Positions 20,601 through 30,300 of a stretch of DNA of 64,000 bases are shown here, piece after piece. A program made the translations under genes and the position numbers. Every line of letters starts with the position of its first letter. The first letter of the stretch is position 1. The notes beneath the pieces were generated by a model. It did no database searches, had not been told where the DNA came from, and worked only from the letters and a program-made list of their open reading frames with translations. The stretch comes from a virus. Lineage: Duplodnaviria; Caudoviricetes. Location: positions 148 to 64,147 of the IMG/VR virus record IMGVR_UViG_3300034071_000338; one strand, written 5' to 3'.

Positions 20601-23256
20601 CAAAGTCAAATAATAACTTACTAACTGCTTCAGTATTAGCTTGTGGACTAATTGATAGAATCATATTAAATGATGGCTCAAATGAACCATTCCATAAGCC
20701 ACGCTTAGGGTCGCTAAACTTAACAGCTACACCATCAACTTTTGCTACTTCATCAATAATATCTTGCTTAGCATCGTTTAATATTTGATTTTCAGCTTCC
20801 TTTATCTTAGCAAGAACTTTAGGGTCTTTCTTTTTAGCGTATTGCTTAACAAACTTGTCATAGTTCAATGACAACTTCTTAATCCTTTTAGTTACAGGCG
20901 TAGCTTCACGTACTGTAGCCGGAGTAATTAATACAGATATATCTCTAACTAACTTAGGAGCTTGTGTCTTTAAAGACACTTTTTGTTCTGCTTTTAATGT
21001 TTCTAACTCACTATTTATCTCATCAATACGAGCACGTGTTTTTAATTGAATTGGAGAATTAGGCATTTGCTTTAACGCTTTAGAGGTCAAAGACACCTTT
21101 TCTTTTTCAAGTTTATTTATTTTTTCAATTACTTCTTGCGTCCCGATTTCAGGAGTGACCTCTTCGGTCCTTGTGGTAACGACTTGAGGTCCTTGGTCTC
21201 CTTCGACCACTTGCTGCAATCCCACTTCGGGTTGTTCTGTGCGTAGCACGCCTTCATCTGTTGTTTGTTTTTGAATGGCATAATCTTTTGCTTGTTTACC
21301 GGTTAATGTATATGAATATCCTTCTCCTATTTTTCCTGATATTTTTTTTCCTAATGGAAGACCAAATATCATTTTTCTACCCTCGAACTCAATGCCTTCT
21401 TTTTTTACGGCTATATCTCTGAATTGTTCAGGTACTTCTTCAAGTGTTTTTACATTGAAAGTAACATTTTCATTATCATCTAATGAAGATATTTCTTCAG
21501 GAATACCTAATGTCACTTCTTCCACTTGTGGCTTAGACTCCATTATAATCTGTTGTATTTGATTGTTGAGGTCAGCAATCTCTTGCTTTTCTCTTGCTAC
21601 AAGTACATCATCTTTATTCTGAATGTCAGTTTTTAATTGGTCTCTTTGTCTAAGTAAAGTAGCAATCTGAGCCTTCTCTGCATTGGTAACCTTTAAGTCT
21701 TTTACAGCATTTGAAACCTGCTGTACCTTATCGAATACATACAATGATTGCTTTGCTTCATCTTCTGAAATCTCACCATCCTTTACTTTCTTAGTTAAGT
21801 TCTTAGATAATATATCTCTTGACTTATTAGTATTAGCTATTTGGATTTGTTCTGCTGTAATAGGAGCATCTTTTGATACATTAAATACTTGGTCTAATTT
21901 TGTATCAGTGTCTTTTAATACGGCATTTATCTCTTCCTTAGACTTGTATGTCTCAACAAGATTAGTTACCTTATCCTTTGCTTTCATTGCATTGATAGGA
22001 GCTGTGAATACCACACCACTGCCTGCACCTGTTACAAATGCATCAGCAACACCTTCAAACGTAGGCTTATTACTAAGCACATTCTGAGTGATTTGAGTAG
22101 CTGCTTCTTCAATACCTTCACCCAATAGACCAATAGGAGCACCATACTTTGTCAATGCACCTTTATAAGCCTGAACTAAACCATCTCTAAAAATATTCTT
22201 TCCTACTTCTACACCTTCTTTCTTAACAATGTCTTTATAAACCTGACCAATTGTACCTGTACCAATTGCACTAAATACAGTCTCAGCCGCAGACATACCT
22301 AATGCCTTTACGGTCTTTTCAATCTCAGGCATATCAGGATTTTCTTCGCCTAATTGCTCTCTATTTTGTTCAAGGAATCCGGCAGTACTAATTGCTGCTA
22401 ACTCAGCAGGAGCAAGCGTAGCTCCTCCCATCATCATAGCTATACTTACAGGAGCAGACTCTACAATGCTACTTCCAAGTAATTCAAATGCATCATTATA
22501 GTTGCCCTTCTGTATATTGTCTACAATACCTGAGCTTTCGTATCTTTCTTTATTAAATTTAGCAGTAACCTCTTGTAATCTTTTTTCTTCTTCGTTTAAC
22601 TTGTTTAATACGGGATTGCTTATGCCAAACTGCTTTTTAAATGTATCAGCGTTAGCTGCAATATCCCAACCTGTAGCCCAAGCCAATGCATTCTGAGGTA
22701 TAGATGCAATATTGATAACCGTCTCAGGTATAGATGCAACCATCTTCTCCAATGAGGTAAGACCTGATAATGCTCTTGTGCCTATGTTTTTTAAGTAAAC
22801 GTTTTCTTCCTCAGGCATTTCAAGCGCTCCTAAATTCTTAAGTAATTTTTCTTTTTTAGGCGGAGCCATCTCAGGTATAACATTCGTTATAGTTTCAGGA
22901 AGAGGCGTAACACCTGTTGGCGTTGCAAATCCTGTCTCTGCTGCTACTTGTCCTTCTCTAAGAAATTTAGGAAGCGGTTTTGACGAAACCAAAGAAGTAT
23001 CTTCCGAAGGTAATTCCGTAGTACCTTTTTTTTTTAATTCAGGCTGAGCACTAAATCCAAACTCAGGGAACTTGCTAAACACCTCATCTTCCGTAGCATA
23101 CTTGCCACTATTAGAAGTAGCAACAAAGTCTCTTAAAGCCTGAACATCATATCCTTTTAATTCAGGAAACTTAGAAAGTAACGTAGCTTCGTCAGCATAT
23201 TTACCACTATTTGATGTAGCAACAAAATCTCTTAACGCTTGTTTTAAATCCGACAT
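14680..23256 (-). CDS. Giant putative internal virion/ejection (polyvalent) protein with a RelA/SpoT-like domain
   Basis: 2858 aa, last gene of the structural operon; N-terminal 33-aa tandem repeat; synthetase-like motifs near aa 1130-1295. Confidence 0.75.
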   Translation of the reverse strand: MSDLKQALRDFVATSNSGKYADEATLLSKFPELKGYDVQALRDFVATSNSGKYATEDEVFSKFPEFGFSAQPELKKKGTTELPSEDTSLVSSKPLPKFLREGQVAAETGFATPTGVTPLPETITNVIPEMAPPKKEKLLKNLGALEMPEEENVYLKNIGTRALSGLTSLEKMVASIPETVINIASIPQNALAWATGWDIAANADTFKKQFGISNPVLNKLNEEEKRLQEVTAKFNKERYESSGIVDNIQKGNYNDAFELLGSSIVESAPVSIAMMMGGATLAPAELAAISTAGFLEQNREQLGEENPDMPEIEKTVKALGMSAAETVFSAIGTGTIGQVYKDIVKKEGVEVGKNIFRDGLVQAYKGALTKYGAPIGLLGEGIEEAATQITQNVLSNKPTFEGVADAFVTGAGSGVVFTAPINAMKAKDKVTNLVETYKSKEEINAVLKDTDTKLDQVFNVSKDAPITAEQIQIANTNKSRDILSKNLTKKVKDGEISEDEAKQSLYVFDKVQQVSNAVKDLKVTNAEKAQIATLLRQRDQLKTDIQNKDDVLVAREKQEIADLNNQIQQIIMESKPQVEEVTLGIPEEISSLDDNENVTFNVKTLEEVPEQFRDIAVKKEGIEFEGRKMIFGLPLGKKISGKIGEGYSYTLTGKQAKDYAIQKQTTDEGVLRTEQPEVGLQQVVEGDQGPQVVTTRTEEVTPEIGTQEVIEKINKLEKEKVSLTSKALKQMPNSPIQLKTRARIDEINSELETLKAEQKVSLKTQAPKLVRDISVLITPATVREATPVTKRIKKLSLNYDKFVKQYAKKKDPKVLAKIKEAENQILNDAKQDIIDEVAKVDGVAVKFSDPKRGLWNGSFEPSFNMILSISPQANTEAVSKLLFDFAEKYSQDAFILETDSEYESDVFSGKRDIPLTEFDENNLMHYPQIIYTFDEPITDEQVTDLSVELEKNGVEAFNINNNEIKVSIIKFFEDTDQQNLTEDEQYEERTRDLDSKSIAAEKATADVLGPNVKVKPTVRIKKSSYQGAKNEGTSDPTRQFDRSDVLKSFKESTTKVEALAVELADLRQKEIDLQKEGKKLSPEEQTRFNELNKVVQPAVQRTFETNKKLYEDAKAEVESIAQDAIAEVDASISPFPIKRPERASVKAIRWYNAFTEKLGDGARVNIVVDTEANADKVFKTIDEKYPGDKELRRITETTDLGYPKRLIEIRTSNGTIAEVQVITNEAYLAKDGLKGFTGDEKQKATAKQKLDAVRARLGWNIPDGLGHYFYEIQRDTNVDDNLRDEAARLSDLYYDAFTNPNSTLAESFMNDVEAFKNNVDAADKSQWDAGNNGKAPQSLIDYKPVQAEATLVIEEEEQFVPVQASEVKTDAFTKDNAIDYLEDEKETESGRTVTYISSLTVEARNADGDPIGTITKLTDEDKMFSFTAEDIDGNEIGFDGFETLGEAKQAVADSYNKIKKKEFDKEQNKKAKEKAKVAAKKAKTKAKGEFETKALKLAEDIDNFELPSWFTPTLPEGTQKAGLSADEFKRLIAKSVVEIGRLMDRGVEFSVALKEAIKEIVNVLGEAKRNNIEKTVTDFFNEREKVTEDKLPGYTELMTKVDELITRQKRRGIADAKIISNLDTLIRNSEVYSRATDAQKKVMEREGRFKMGVGAKRAVSIGRVLGALKDITNISREEKMLVIKQIRDLSRDAAKELAKDIREMASKGKITSIQAANIVSRFGKVNMLNEISVSNFVDYMAKVFANAEYADKIDVAKSKLKMAKKNIVTKIGIADGLVGPLNRLFSINPTLIPNQFLGRYLELVDMFGARQAVLTLDEKSVVTKDVQAILDEIDNEQSKADELADRFNNSENKVYKDNELDYAASVKKMLDEKEIDDKEAETMRKYKDDIAPQVEETELTEEELAAERKELTDAVKKSTIDGSGLSTKYERDTIKELSRVVKTDAVDGLTNTELKNLLKVIDNINNNYLPHYGEIMLEKLNGLNTDKVLTKAVEQSKMYKFSQLYSKVKAEVAMQGRTGVLEMIRRNPLFYIDQLFGNFKTKDIFNSLFSEPAKAVAAFKTQLNRVQNILEKAEEKVAKSLGLEPNAVTMSKFKMMTYMIQLEYESNKGNKEVNPAADYLKATIKHIDAGKSRFGERDAEMLQQILKDFSTDGNIDNEKLYKSFNQAEKDAINDIRGINESLREQAEFTAAIIRGDRIDPLNNYVHLNVLHEFQPSDLTSGSAFVTEYNNAMRPSTKAKSLIARTGKVSPLNFDVFASAQRGAKFVLMDFNLTKPIRTARKTINGTIANLESKGRIPKEQRQIINAINAAFEETVDNLLTNTFTQDSTLDIALDYINKQGYRAVLAGTSRFVSELSSNIGFAVISDPKALASGVKYRGIIMSSDAPTIMENLKSKQTNRIFPTDTLSGRLVDTSILSQASGIKGAVSKNPVKNKIQQIWNRSGKKYVNAVELQADALISTPDKVIMRPMWFGSFANQFENITGKEVDFEKIAANDEAYMEANKEALDKATELADERSVMVGATDNPFMGILKGTVKPDQKLALRAFNNMNNFMTKFLIFEYVTARTAIMAAIGNGSLTKQQGGAVLGAVATRMVLYGLIFQMLGTGLMGLFFDDEEPETEKSFMQKLGQAFASAFSSLLIGRDFGNAVKNVLNYGIEEANEKYLDFLREGDYDPYKDGIAYTLIPRDDSKQTDLGKLLMNMGGAYTPALNTAAFIVKKVTEKEKVKEDAIARREKELNVRIPLEVLGNLGLVPLYKDIRKAVMKDLYKDLEKADRTKGDKKKAEEEKLQGFQNQEDMKRYDYDLWYRTFGPDAPDYDAKQAEKLIKREKDSVERAMKDEMYDYTPKPKKGKGGLQKLY
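20964..20979. repeat. 16-bp palindrome copy 5 (inside giant protein gene)
   Basis: GTGTCTTTAAAGACAC, read as VSLKT. Confidence 0.95.
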
Positions 23257-23267
23257 AGTATTTTTTT

Positions 23268-24848
23268 TTATCTTTCGTTACCACCCTTTATAGTTCCACT
23301 TACAGGAGTTGCACTAACACCTGCCGGTGGAGTATATGATTGAAGAGTAAATGGATTAGGAGGAGTAGCTCCCAATCTTACTGCTTCAGCCGTTGCTCTT
23401 CCCGATGGGTTAAAGGTAGCATTTTTTATAAAACCACGTTGATTTACTGCATTACCAATATTTGGATTGCCTGTTAGTAAAACTCCTGCTGATTTAACAA
23501 ACTGCTCATCACTCATAACTTTTCCATCTGCACCCTTAAATGGTATCACCTTTTGAGTTAATCTACCTGCTTCATCAGCAAGTGTAACAGTTACACCCGT
23601 TGCATCCCTTGTAACTTTTCTAACTGCAGGATTAATGTCTCTAAAGAAAGTAGTAGCACCTTGAATAGCTTTATTGTCTCCGCCATATAATGCACCAACT
23701 TGATTAGCAACTAATACATCGCTTTGAGCTTGTTGTTGTTGAGCTAATTGCCATTGTTGTGGCTGAGGTCCATAAGGTTGGAATCCTGTTGGCTTAATAT
23801 CTTTCTCGTTATCCAATCTTGCTAACAACTGAGTTCTAACCCAATCTTTAGCCTCGGTTAATTGAGCTTTATAATTAGCTCCATCAGTATCTATTGTAGG
23901 TAATCCTGTAGATGGATTAATCTTAATTAATATCTTGCTCTTGTCTTTAGCTGCCTCTTCTTTATTATAAGTAAATGATTCTTGGCTATATGTACCTACA
24001 TTCTCTGTTAAAACTGAAGTGATATTATATGGATTAGCAAAGTATGAATTTATCTGTTGGTCTATAGCCTTATTTGCATTATCAACCACAGCTTTTACAG
24101 CAGGGTCAGTAGATGCTTCATTTTGTTTTAAACCCAAAAGCTCAATTACACTACCTTGTTTTGTAGTAGTAGCAGCAGTAAATAAAGTATTCTTTATCTC
24201 CCCCATATTCTTTACCGTATTATTAATGGCAGCATTAGCATCCCAAGTAGGAATATCTGCTAATATTTTGCCCTTTAATACGTTTACAGGAGCTACATCT
24301 TGAGTCAACTCCATCACTCCTGTATCAGGATTAGGTCTCATTATACCAACATTTACCACACCCGTTGATGGGTCAATGATAGCTTTAGATTTTGAGAAAT
24401 CAGCAAAGCCTTCTATTGATGCCATATTAGCACCTGTTAACGCCTGAAGTTTACCACTTTGGATACCCTCCATTTTAGTCTTATAATTGTCTTGATATAA
24501 CTTTTGTAATTCAAATAATGTATTTGTACCATCTACATAGTTCTGTCTTCTATACGTATAATCTTGTAGCTTCATTTGACCTGACTTTAATAGTCGGTTG
24601 TCAATCATCTGCTGCTCCATCATTGAATGCGCATAATCATTTGTAAACTTATTGGCATCCTGATACTGTCCCTGTGGTGCGTTCTGTAATACGTTTTGAA
24701 ATTCACGTGTAGCTTGGTCGATGTCAGCTTTCTTTTTATTACGAATCTCCACCTCTTGTTTAAGCATATCAGATATGCCTTTGCCGACTTCAGCCCAATT
24801 GACCTGACTATCTGCGTTTCGTTCTGCGTATTTATAATATGTAGCCAT
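23268..24848 (-). CDS. Putative internal virion/ejection protein
   Basis: 526 aa, helical and Q-rich, between the pilot-like gene and the giant gene. Confidence 0.55.
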   Translation of the reverse strand: MATYYKYAERNADSQVNWAEVGKGISDMLKQEVEIRNKKKADIDQATREFQNVLQNAPQGQYQDANKFTNDYAHSMMEQQMIDNRLLKSGQMKLQDYTYRRQNYVDGTNTLFELQKLYQDNYKTKMEGIQSGKLQALTGANMASIEGFADFSKSKAIIDPSTGVVNVGIMRPNPDTGVMELTQDVAPVNVLKGKILADIPTWDANAAINNTVKNMGEIKNTLFTAATTTKQGSVIELLGLKQNEASTDPAVKAVVDNANKAIDQQINSYFANPYNITSVLTENVGTYSQESFTYNKEEAAKDKSKILIKINPSTGLPTIDTDGANYKAQLTEAKDWVRTQLLARLDNEKDIKPTGFQPYGPQPQQWQLAQQQQAQSDVLVANQVGALYGGDNKAIQGATTFFRDINPAVRKVTRDATGVTVTLADEAGRLTQKVIPFKGADGKVMSDEQFVKSAGVLLTGNPNIGNAVNQRGFIKNATFNPSGRATAEAVRLGATPPNPFTLQSYTPPAGVSATPVSGTIKGGNER

Positions 24849-24874
24849 AATGTTATTCGGTTTCTTTTTTATTA

Positions 24875-25576
24875 TTAACTACCACCTAATCCGGGTACAT
24901 TAAAAGGATTTGTTATAAATGGACTTGAGTTTACAAATGGATTTACAGGAACAGGAGGTGGAGTAGGTAAAGCATATTTATCAGGTCTAACTGAAATAGG
25001 ATTACCTAAGGCATCTGTATCTACTTTAGAATATAATGGAGCAAGCTGCATAGCCTGTTGACCCATACTTGCAAGACCTTTAAATCCTTGTTCAGTAGCT
25101 TGAGCCGCCAATTGCTGAGCATCTCTTGCAGCTTGTTGTGCACCTGCTACTTCTTGCAAAGATAAAGATGATTGAAGACCTGCTAAACGAGCTTCTTCTG
25201 CAGCAGATAACTTTTCAAGATTCATTAAATCTTGACCCATTGCAGTTCTTATTCCTGCTTGTGCTTGTTGTTGTGCCATTTGAATACGTCCTGCCGTAGC
25301 AGCCGCACCTCTTTCGCTCTCTACTCCTGCTTGAATAGCTTGAGCACCTTGAGAAAGTAATGCTTCTCTTTCTAATTCATATGGTTCTTTTTGAATACCT
25401 AAGTTGTCATAAAAGTTTACCTCAAGTTTTTTTCTTGCTTCTGCCATAGCTTGCTCAGCATCTTGCTCAGCTTGGCGCTGTGCTTTTTTCTGCTTTCCTG
25501 CTTGTGCAAAAGACATACCTGTACTTCCTGCTGTTATAGCTAAACTTGCTATTGCTAATGATGTTGCTGCGGGCAT
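24875..25576 (-). CDS. Putative internal virion (DNA pilot-like) protein
   Basis: Ala/Gly-rich N-terminus followed by Ala/Gln-rich coiled coil, typical of podophage ejection proteins. Confidence 0.6.
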   Translation of the reverse strand: MPAATSLAIASLAITAGSTGMSFAQAGKQKKAQRQAEQDAEQAMAEARKKLEVNFYDNLGIQKEPYELEREALLSQGAQAIQAGVESERGAAATAGRIQMAQQQAQAGIRTAMGQDLMNLEKLSAAEEARLAGLQSSLSLQEVAGAQQAARDAQQLAAQATEQGFKGLASMGQQAMQLAPLYSKVDTDALGNPISVRPDKYALPTPPPVPVNPFVNSSPFITNPFNVPGLGGS

Positions 25577-25577
25577 A

Positions 25578-25988
25578 TTATAATAATTTAATCATTTCGT
25601 TTATTTGTTTGTCACCTTTTATATATCCTAAGTCTTCGTAGACACCTATTAATGATTGATTTTGTAATAGAGCGTAACTATATTTACTTCCTGATTTTTT
25701 ACAAATCTCTGTCAACGCTGACACCAATAACTTAATGGCGTCTTTTCTTTGTAGCTTGTTGGTATATTCCTTGTTCGATATTATCCAATCTACCCAAGCT
25801 ACTTTGGAATTAGTCAGATACATAAAGCCGGCACATATAGGCGTATCACCATCATAAATTATGATACCACCCTTGCCATCGTTAGGAAGGAAATCTCTTT
25901 GAGGAGGCTCCCATCCCCACTGTTTCCACCATCCTACGAGAATATCATCGTAATCGGTTTCGCTCAGTTCTTTTATGATTAAATCCAT
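25578..25988 (-). CDS. GNAT-fold protein preceding the internal virion genes
   Basis: GNAT-like pattern (ICAGFMY, W.DWIISN, Y..LGY) and position; TATCTTTG element at 25996-26003. Confidence 0.55.
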   Translation of the reverse strand: MDLIIKELSETDYDDILVGWWKQWGWEPPQRDFLPNDGKGGIIIYDGDTPICAGFMYLTNSKVAWVDWIISNKEYTNKLQRKDAIKLLVSALTEICKKSGSKYSYALLQNQSLIGVYEDLGYIKGDKQINEMIKLL

Positions 25989-26009
25989 ATTCTTACAAAG
26001 ATATTAAAT

Positions 26010-26813
26010 TTAAGGAAAACTTTTCATAACTTCTGTCTGAACAACAAACAGTTCAACCTTATCTGTAGACGAGTTTTCGATATTAAATGTACAATAGTGT
26101 CCAAGTACCCCGTGAGACTCAGCAACAGAGTTCTTAATATACAAGAAAAAGGCATCTTGTATAGGTATAGCAGTAGTTCCCGGTATTGTGGTATTAATGG
26201 TTAATTGGTTAACACCGTTAGGTAAATCTACTGTAATTGCGGTAACCTTGCCACATAAGACCGGAGTGGTATAAGGAGGCAGTGAATAGTACAATAAGTC
26301 TCCAATACTAATAATACTACCTATTTCTATACCAATTGCAAACTTAATCACATTGCCGCCTGTTACTTGACTGCTTCTTCCAATACCGTTTACGCTTCTT
26401 AAAGCAAGCTCACCAACAGAGTTATTTCTAACAAATGCAAAAAATGAAGCCTCTTTCTTCTCAAACCAATTGGCATCAATAAATCCTGAGTATTGCAAGT
26501 CAGTCTCTAAAGTAACAGCCCATTTAGCGTCTCCCTCTAAGTTAATAGTCTTGAATAGCTTATTCTCAAGCGGTGCTGCATTAAATACGCTTTGTACTGT
26601 TGATGGAGTGTAAGCTGCTGCAGCGTCTCCAATTTTTACAAACCAAGGCGCATAAAAAGTGTTTCTATTCTCATTTACATTATGTCTGTATAAATCACCC
26701 CCCTTAAAAGTATAGAAATAGTTATTCATCCCTATCATCCACTCAGGAATAAAGGAGTAAAAGGATACCCACCCGTTGACCATATTGCTATACGATAATG
26801 TATAATTTGCCAT
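26010..26813 (-). CDS. Tail/stabilization protein, C-terminal-like component
   Basis: TLSYS....GWVSFYSF.P and NKLFKTI.LEG motifs. Confidence 0.6.
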   Translation of the reverse strand: MANYTLSYSNMVNGWVSFYSFIPEWMIGMNNYFYTFKGGDLYRHNVNENRNTFYAPWFVKIGDAAAAYTPSTVQSVFNAAPLENKLFKTINLEGDAKWAVTLETDLQYSGFIDANWFEKKEASFFAFVRNNSVGELALRSVNGIGRSSQVTGGNVIKFAIGIEIGSIISIGDLLYYSLPPYTTPVLCGKVTAITVDLPNGVNQLTINTTIPGTTAIPIQDAFFLYIKNSVAESHGVLGHYCTFNIENSSTDKVELFVVQTEVMKSFP

Positions 26814-26825
26814 AGTTTATTTATT

Positions 26826-27335
26826 TTAGATTGGACATAAAGGCAACATCGGCCAAAACGATTGATGTGTTAATGAAGTGCTATATGTTGCTATTATTGT
26901 ACCTCCCGAATTTCTCAATTCCAATGTAAAATAAACCGGAGTAGCCGAGCCACTTGGTTCAAAATACAATAATTCTCCCGTAGGTGGCGTTGAATCAGAT
27001 ACCGTAACTGTTGCTGTACTTGAAGGCGTTCCTGTAGTTCGTGTTATATAAGAGCCGGCAGGAGCATTGGTTGTGTTAATTGCGTATCTAACCGAACAAG
27101 CTGCATTATCATTACAATTATTTTGCCTACATATAGGAGCACCTAATGAAATACTTACTTCGCAAGAAGGGCATTCTTGTTGTGGTAGCAATACGCAATC
27201 TGCCTGCTCTCTTACTATTACACCATTAGAATAGAATCCATCAGGCGCACATTCAGTCAAAGCATCATCCGTGAATACTGCTGTTGCAGACCCAAGAGAT
27301 GGTGCGTTTAAATAGTATGATGAAGTTGTTGCCAT
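26826..27335 (-). CDS. Cys-rich structural protein sharing a ~106-aa domain with the 1613-aa tail protein
   Basis: A.DGFYS.G..VR motif; C-terminal domain nearly identical to the end of 27353..32194. Confidence 0.7.
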   Translation of the reverse strand: MATTSSYYLNAPSLGSATAVFTDDALTECAPDGFYSNGVIVREQADCVLLPQQECPSCEVSISLGAPICRQNNCNDNAACSVRYAINTTNAPAGSYITRTTGTPSSTATVTVSDSTPPTGELLYFEPSGSATPVYFTLELRNSGGTIIATYSTSLTHQSFWPMLPLCPI

Positions 27336-27352
27336 TTATTTTTTATTTAAAA

Positions 27353-30300
27353 TTAACACAATGGGAGCATTGGCCAAAATGATTGATGAGTTAATGACGT
27401 ATTTGACGTAGCTATTATTGTTCCACCTGAATTTCTTAACTCAAGAGTAAAGTAAACAGGAGTAGCTGAACCGCTTGGTTCATAATATAATACTTGACCT
27501 GTAGGCGGAACTGAGTCGCTTATAGTAACCGTTGCTGAACTTGATGGGAATCCTGTAGTAAGCGTTATATAAGAACCTGCCGGTGCATCAGTGGTATTAA
27601 TACCATATCTTACCGAGCAAGCCGCATTATCGTTGCAATTATTCTCTCTACAAGTAGGAGCACCTAATGAAATAGTTGGTACAATGCAATTAGATTGACA
27701 TTCTTCTAAAGTGGCATAAGTACCGCTACCATCACCCGGGTCTACACAATCCCCGCTTTCGCAATTATAAGACTCTACAGCGAGGCTACAATCACAACAA
27801 ACATCTTCTATGCTTACGGCAGAATAACACAATGTAGTGGCTACAGCAGCCCTAAAATCCCATATTAGATATAAGTTGTTCTCTAATGCAGGCACAGTGA
27901 ACTCAGCGTAGTTATTTGTACCACTTCCTTGGTTTGGAGTAGCTGTAGTAGCTACTGCCAACAAGGCATTAATATCAGTACTATTATTACTATAAATAGT
28001 ATCAGACATCAAGTACTTAAATTCATCTGTTGCAGGATTAAATACAAAAGTATCAGTTGAGAATTGATTAGAAATCAAGCTAACTGTGCTACCCGAAGGA
28101 GGGAATGCTCCCGTTCCTACAAAGTTAGTGGTAACATTATATCTTGATACAAGAGGATTAGTCGTACCTGATGCAAAAGTCACAAGACTTGATTGCAATG
28201 GTGACACGTACGCTCCATCTACATACCTATATTGAGTATGTATGGTATCCCCTGAGTCGTAGTCATTTGTTAAAACCACTTGTATAATAGTAAGCGATGT
28301 TGCATTAGTGCAATTTGCAAGCACATTTAATGTTATATCGCCAATATAATTGATAGTAATATTAGCAACCTCTACAGCCACATTATTCTTATCAAAAGTT
28401 AAAGTACCATTTGTATCTACAAATCCTGTAGTAGTTGTAACTCCATCATACTCAACCACTATCTCAAATTCAGCACCTGAACTTATTGTTGCAACACTGT
28501 AATCAATATCAGTTAATCCAACAGTAGGTCCCAAGTCAACGCAGAACTGAGTAGACTTCTCTTCAGCAAGAGGTGTTGTCAAACTAAATGTCTGAGAAAT
28601 ACCACATTGTAAACACTGAGGATTTTCAGGTAAGTTTATTTCATTACTTGACAATACATATTCGTTCATATACGGGTCAAATCCTCCTATCTTTTGAGTG
28701 TTAAATGACTCATTGAAGGTGTCTCTAAACCACGTTCTCATATTCATTTCAGATATTACAATTAGCTCGTCATTCTTGGTAGTCAAACTACCTCTAAGTT
28801 GAATAACCGCTCCACGTTTTACATCGGTAAAATATCTATCATATCCCCATTGAATATAACTCTCAGGATTAAAGCTAATACCATATTTCTCAGTACGAGC
28901 AATCTGAGTACCTAATATCTCAGGTACAGATGCTACAACTCCTCCTCCTGTGGAGTCAGAGATTAAGTTTTTACTTGCTAAAACGTACGAAATTTTATCT
29001 TCTTGTAATACAAGAACATCTGTTTCTCTACCGTCTAATACATAAATAGCTCCAAAAGAAGGCTCACAAACTTTGTAATTAAGTAAACCTAAGTTAAATT
29101 CATTTAGCTTATTTACGTTTGACTCAGCACTATATACTCCGCTATACGTAATATCGGCAAATCTATCTGCTGCTCTGTAATCTTGAGCAGATACACTTGT
29201 AACTCTATTACCAAGATTAAACGAGTTGCCTACTATTGAGTCTCTAATCTTATAGCTTTCCGCTCCGTTTCCAAAAGAAAAGCAGTTAAAGAACTTAGTA
29301 TCTATAATAGCAGATGTTCCTAATGCAATATTTTGGTCTTGGATATTACCTATATGGTTTCCATTCACTATAGGGAAAGACATTTCATTCTCAAAAAACA
29401 CATCAGGTAATGCATTAGATGGTTGTGTTTCAAATATTAAAGTCTTATCAGAACGGAATACCGTTATATTAACCTCAACAGTAGATGCTCTTGCATTTGG
29501 ATAATTCAATCCCGTACAAGGCAATGTACCTGTTACCATCAATTGTAATTGATTGGTAGAAGTATTTCTATAAAATCTATAATAGTTAGTACATAAAGCT
29601 GTTGATATATCACCTGCAGTATTGGTAATTGATGTAGTAAACTCATTGTCAGGAATACATTGACCACCACCCGCATATCTTATACCATCATTTAAAAATT
29701 GACCTATATCTTCTCCAATAAACCAATCATACATATTGTCATATGCATTTGCTGATATAAATGTTTTTTCTAATAAATTTCTTCTTTCCTCACAATCATT
29801 TCCAACTCCACCCCTTGACTGCCTAATGTACATTACAATTCTACTTCCTGCCGGAACGTCATAATCTACCCAAGCAGAAGTAACTGAATCATATCTGTTC
29901 ATTGGATAATAAAGAATAGGATAAGTTCCTCCTCTTGGAGAGGTTTCAGTTATTTTCCCCGGTGCTATAATAGCTAATTCATCCTGAACAATATTAAAAC
30001 TATTAGGATTAATCTTCATATAAACTCCCGCAGGAATTGGTATAAATACGTCAGGGTCTAATTCACTTGGTATCTCTATAAAGTTTGTTGCTTGAGATGA
30101 TTTTTCAAGCACGGTTGCGTACACACAAGAAGTGGTAGCACCATTTGAGTCAGCCTTTACAATCAATCTATCGCCTGCCTCTACCTTGCGAGCGTTCTCC
30201 CCTTCAAGCAAGAAGTAAGCATTATTTGTTAATGGGTCTTCAAAGAATATGCTACAATAAATTGTCTCATAGTTTTCTTCGTCAGGCTTAATAACAAACT

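Noticed and set aside
20964-20979. Palindrome explained as a BbsI/MboII restriction site (GAAGAC/GAAGA)
   Set aside because: The TA-centred copies lack that site, and conservation spans 14 bases
21087-21096. TCAAAGACAC half-site; similar half-sites near 21908 and 38641
   Set aside because: Only one arm matches, so they were not counted as copies
14680-23256. Giant protein as a crAss- or N4-type virion RNA polymerase
   Set aside because: I found no DxDxD-type or T7-like catalytic motif by eye, and host-type promoters precede both early and late genes; a profile search is needed to exclude it fully
26830-27675. Duplicated domain as a diversity-generating retroelement TR/VR pair
   Set aside because: No reverse transcriptase in the window, both copies are coding, and the differences are mostly synonymous and not adenine-specific
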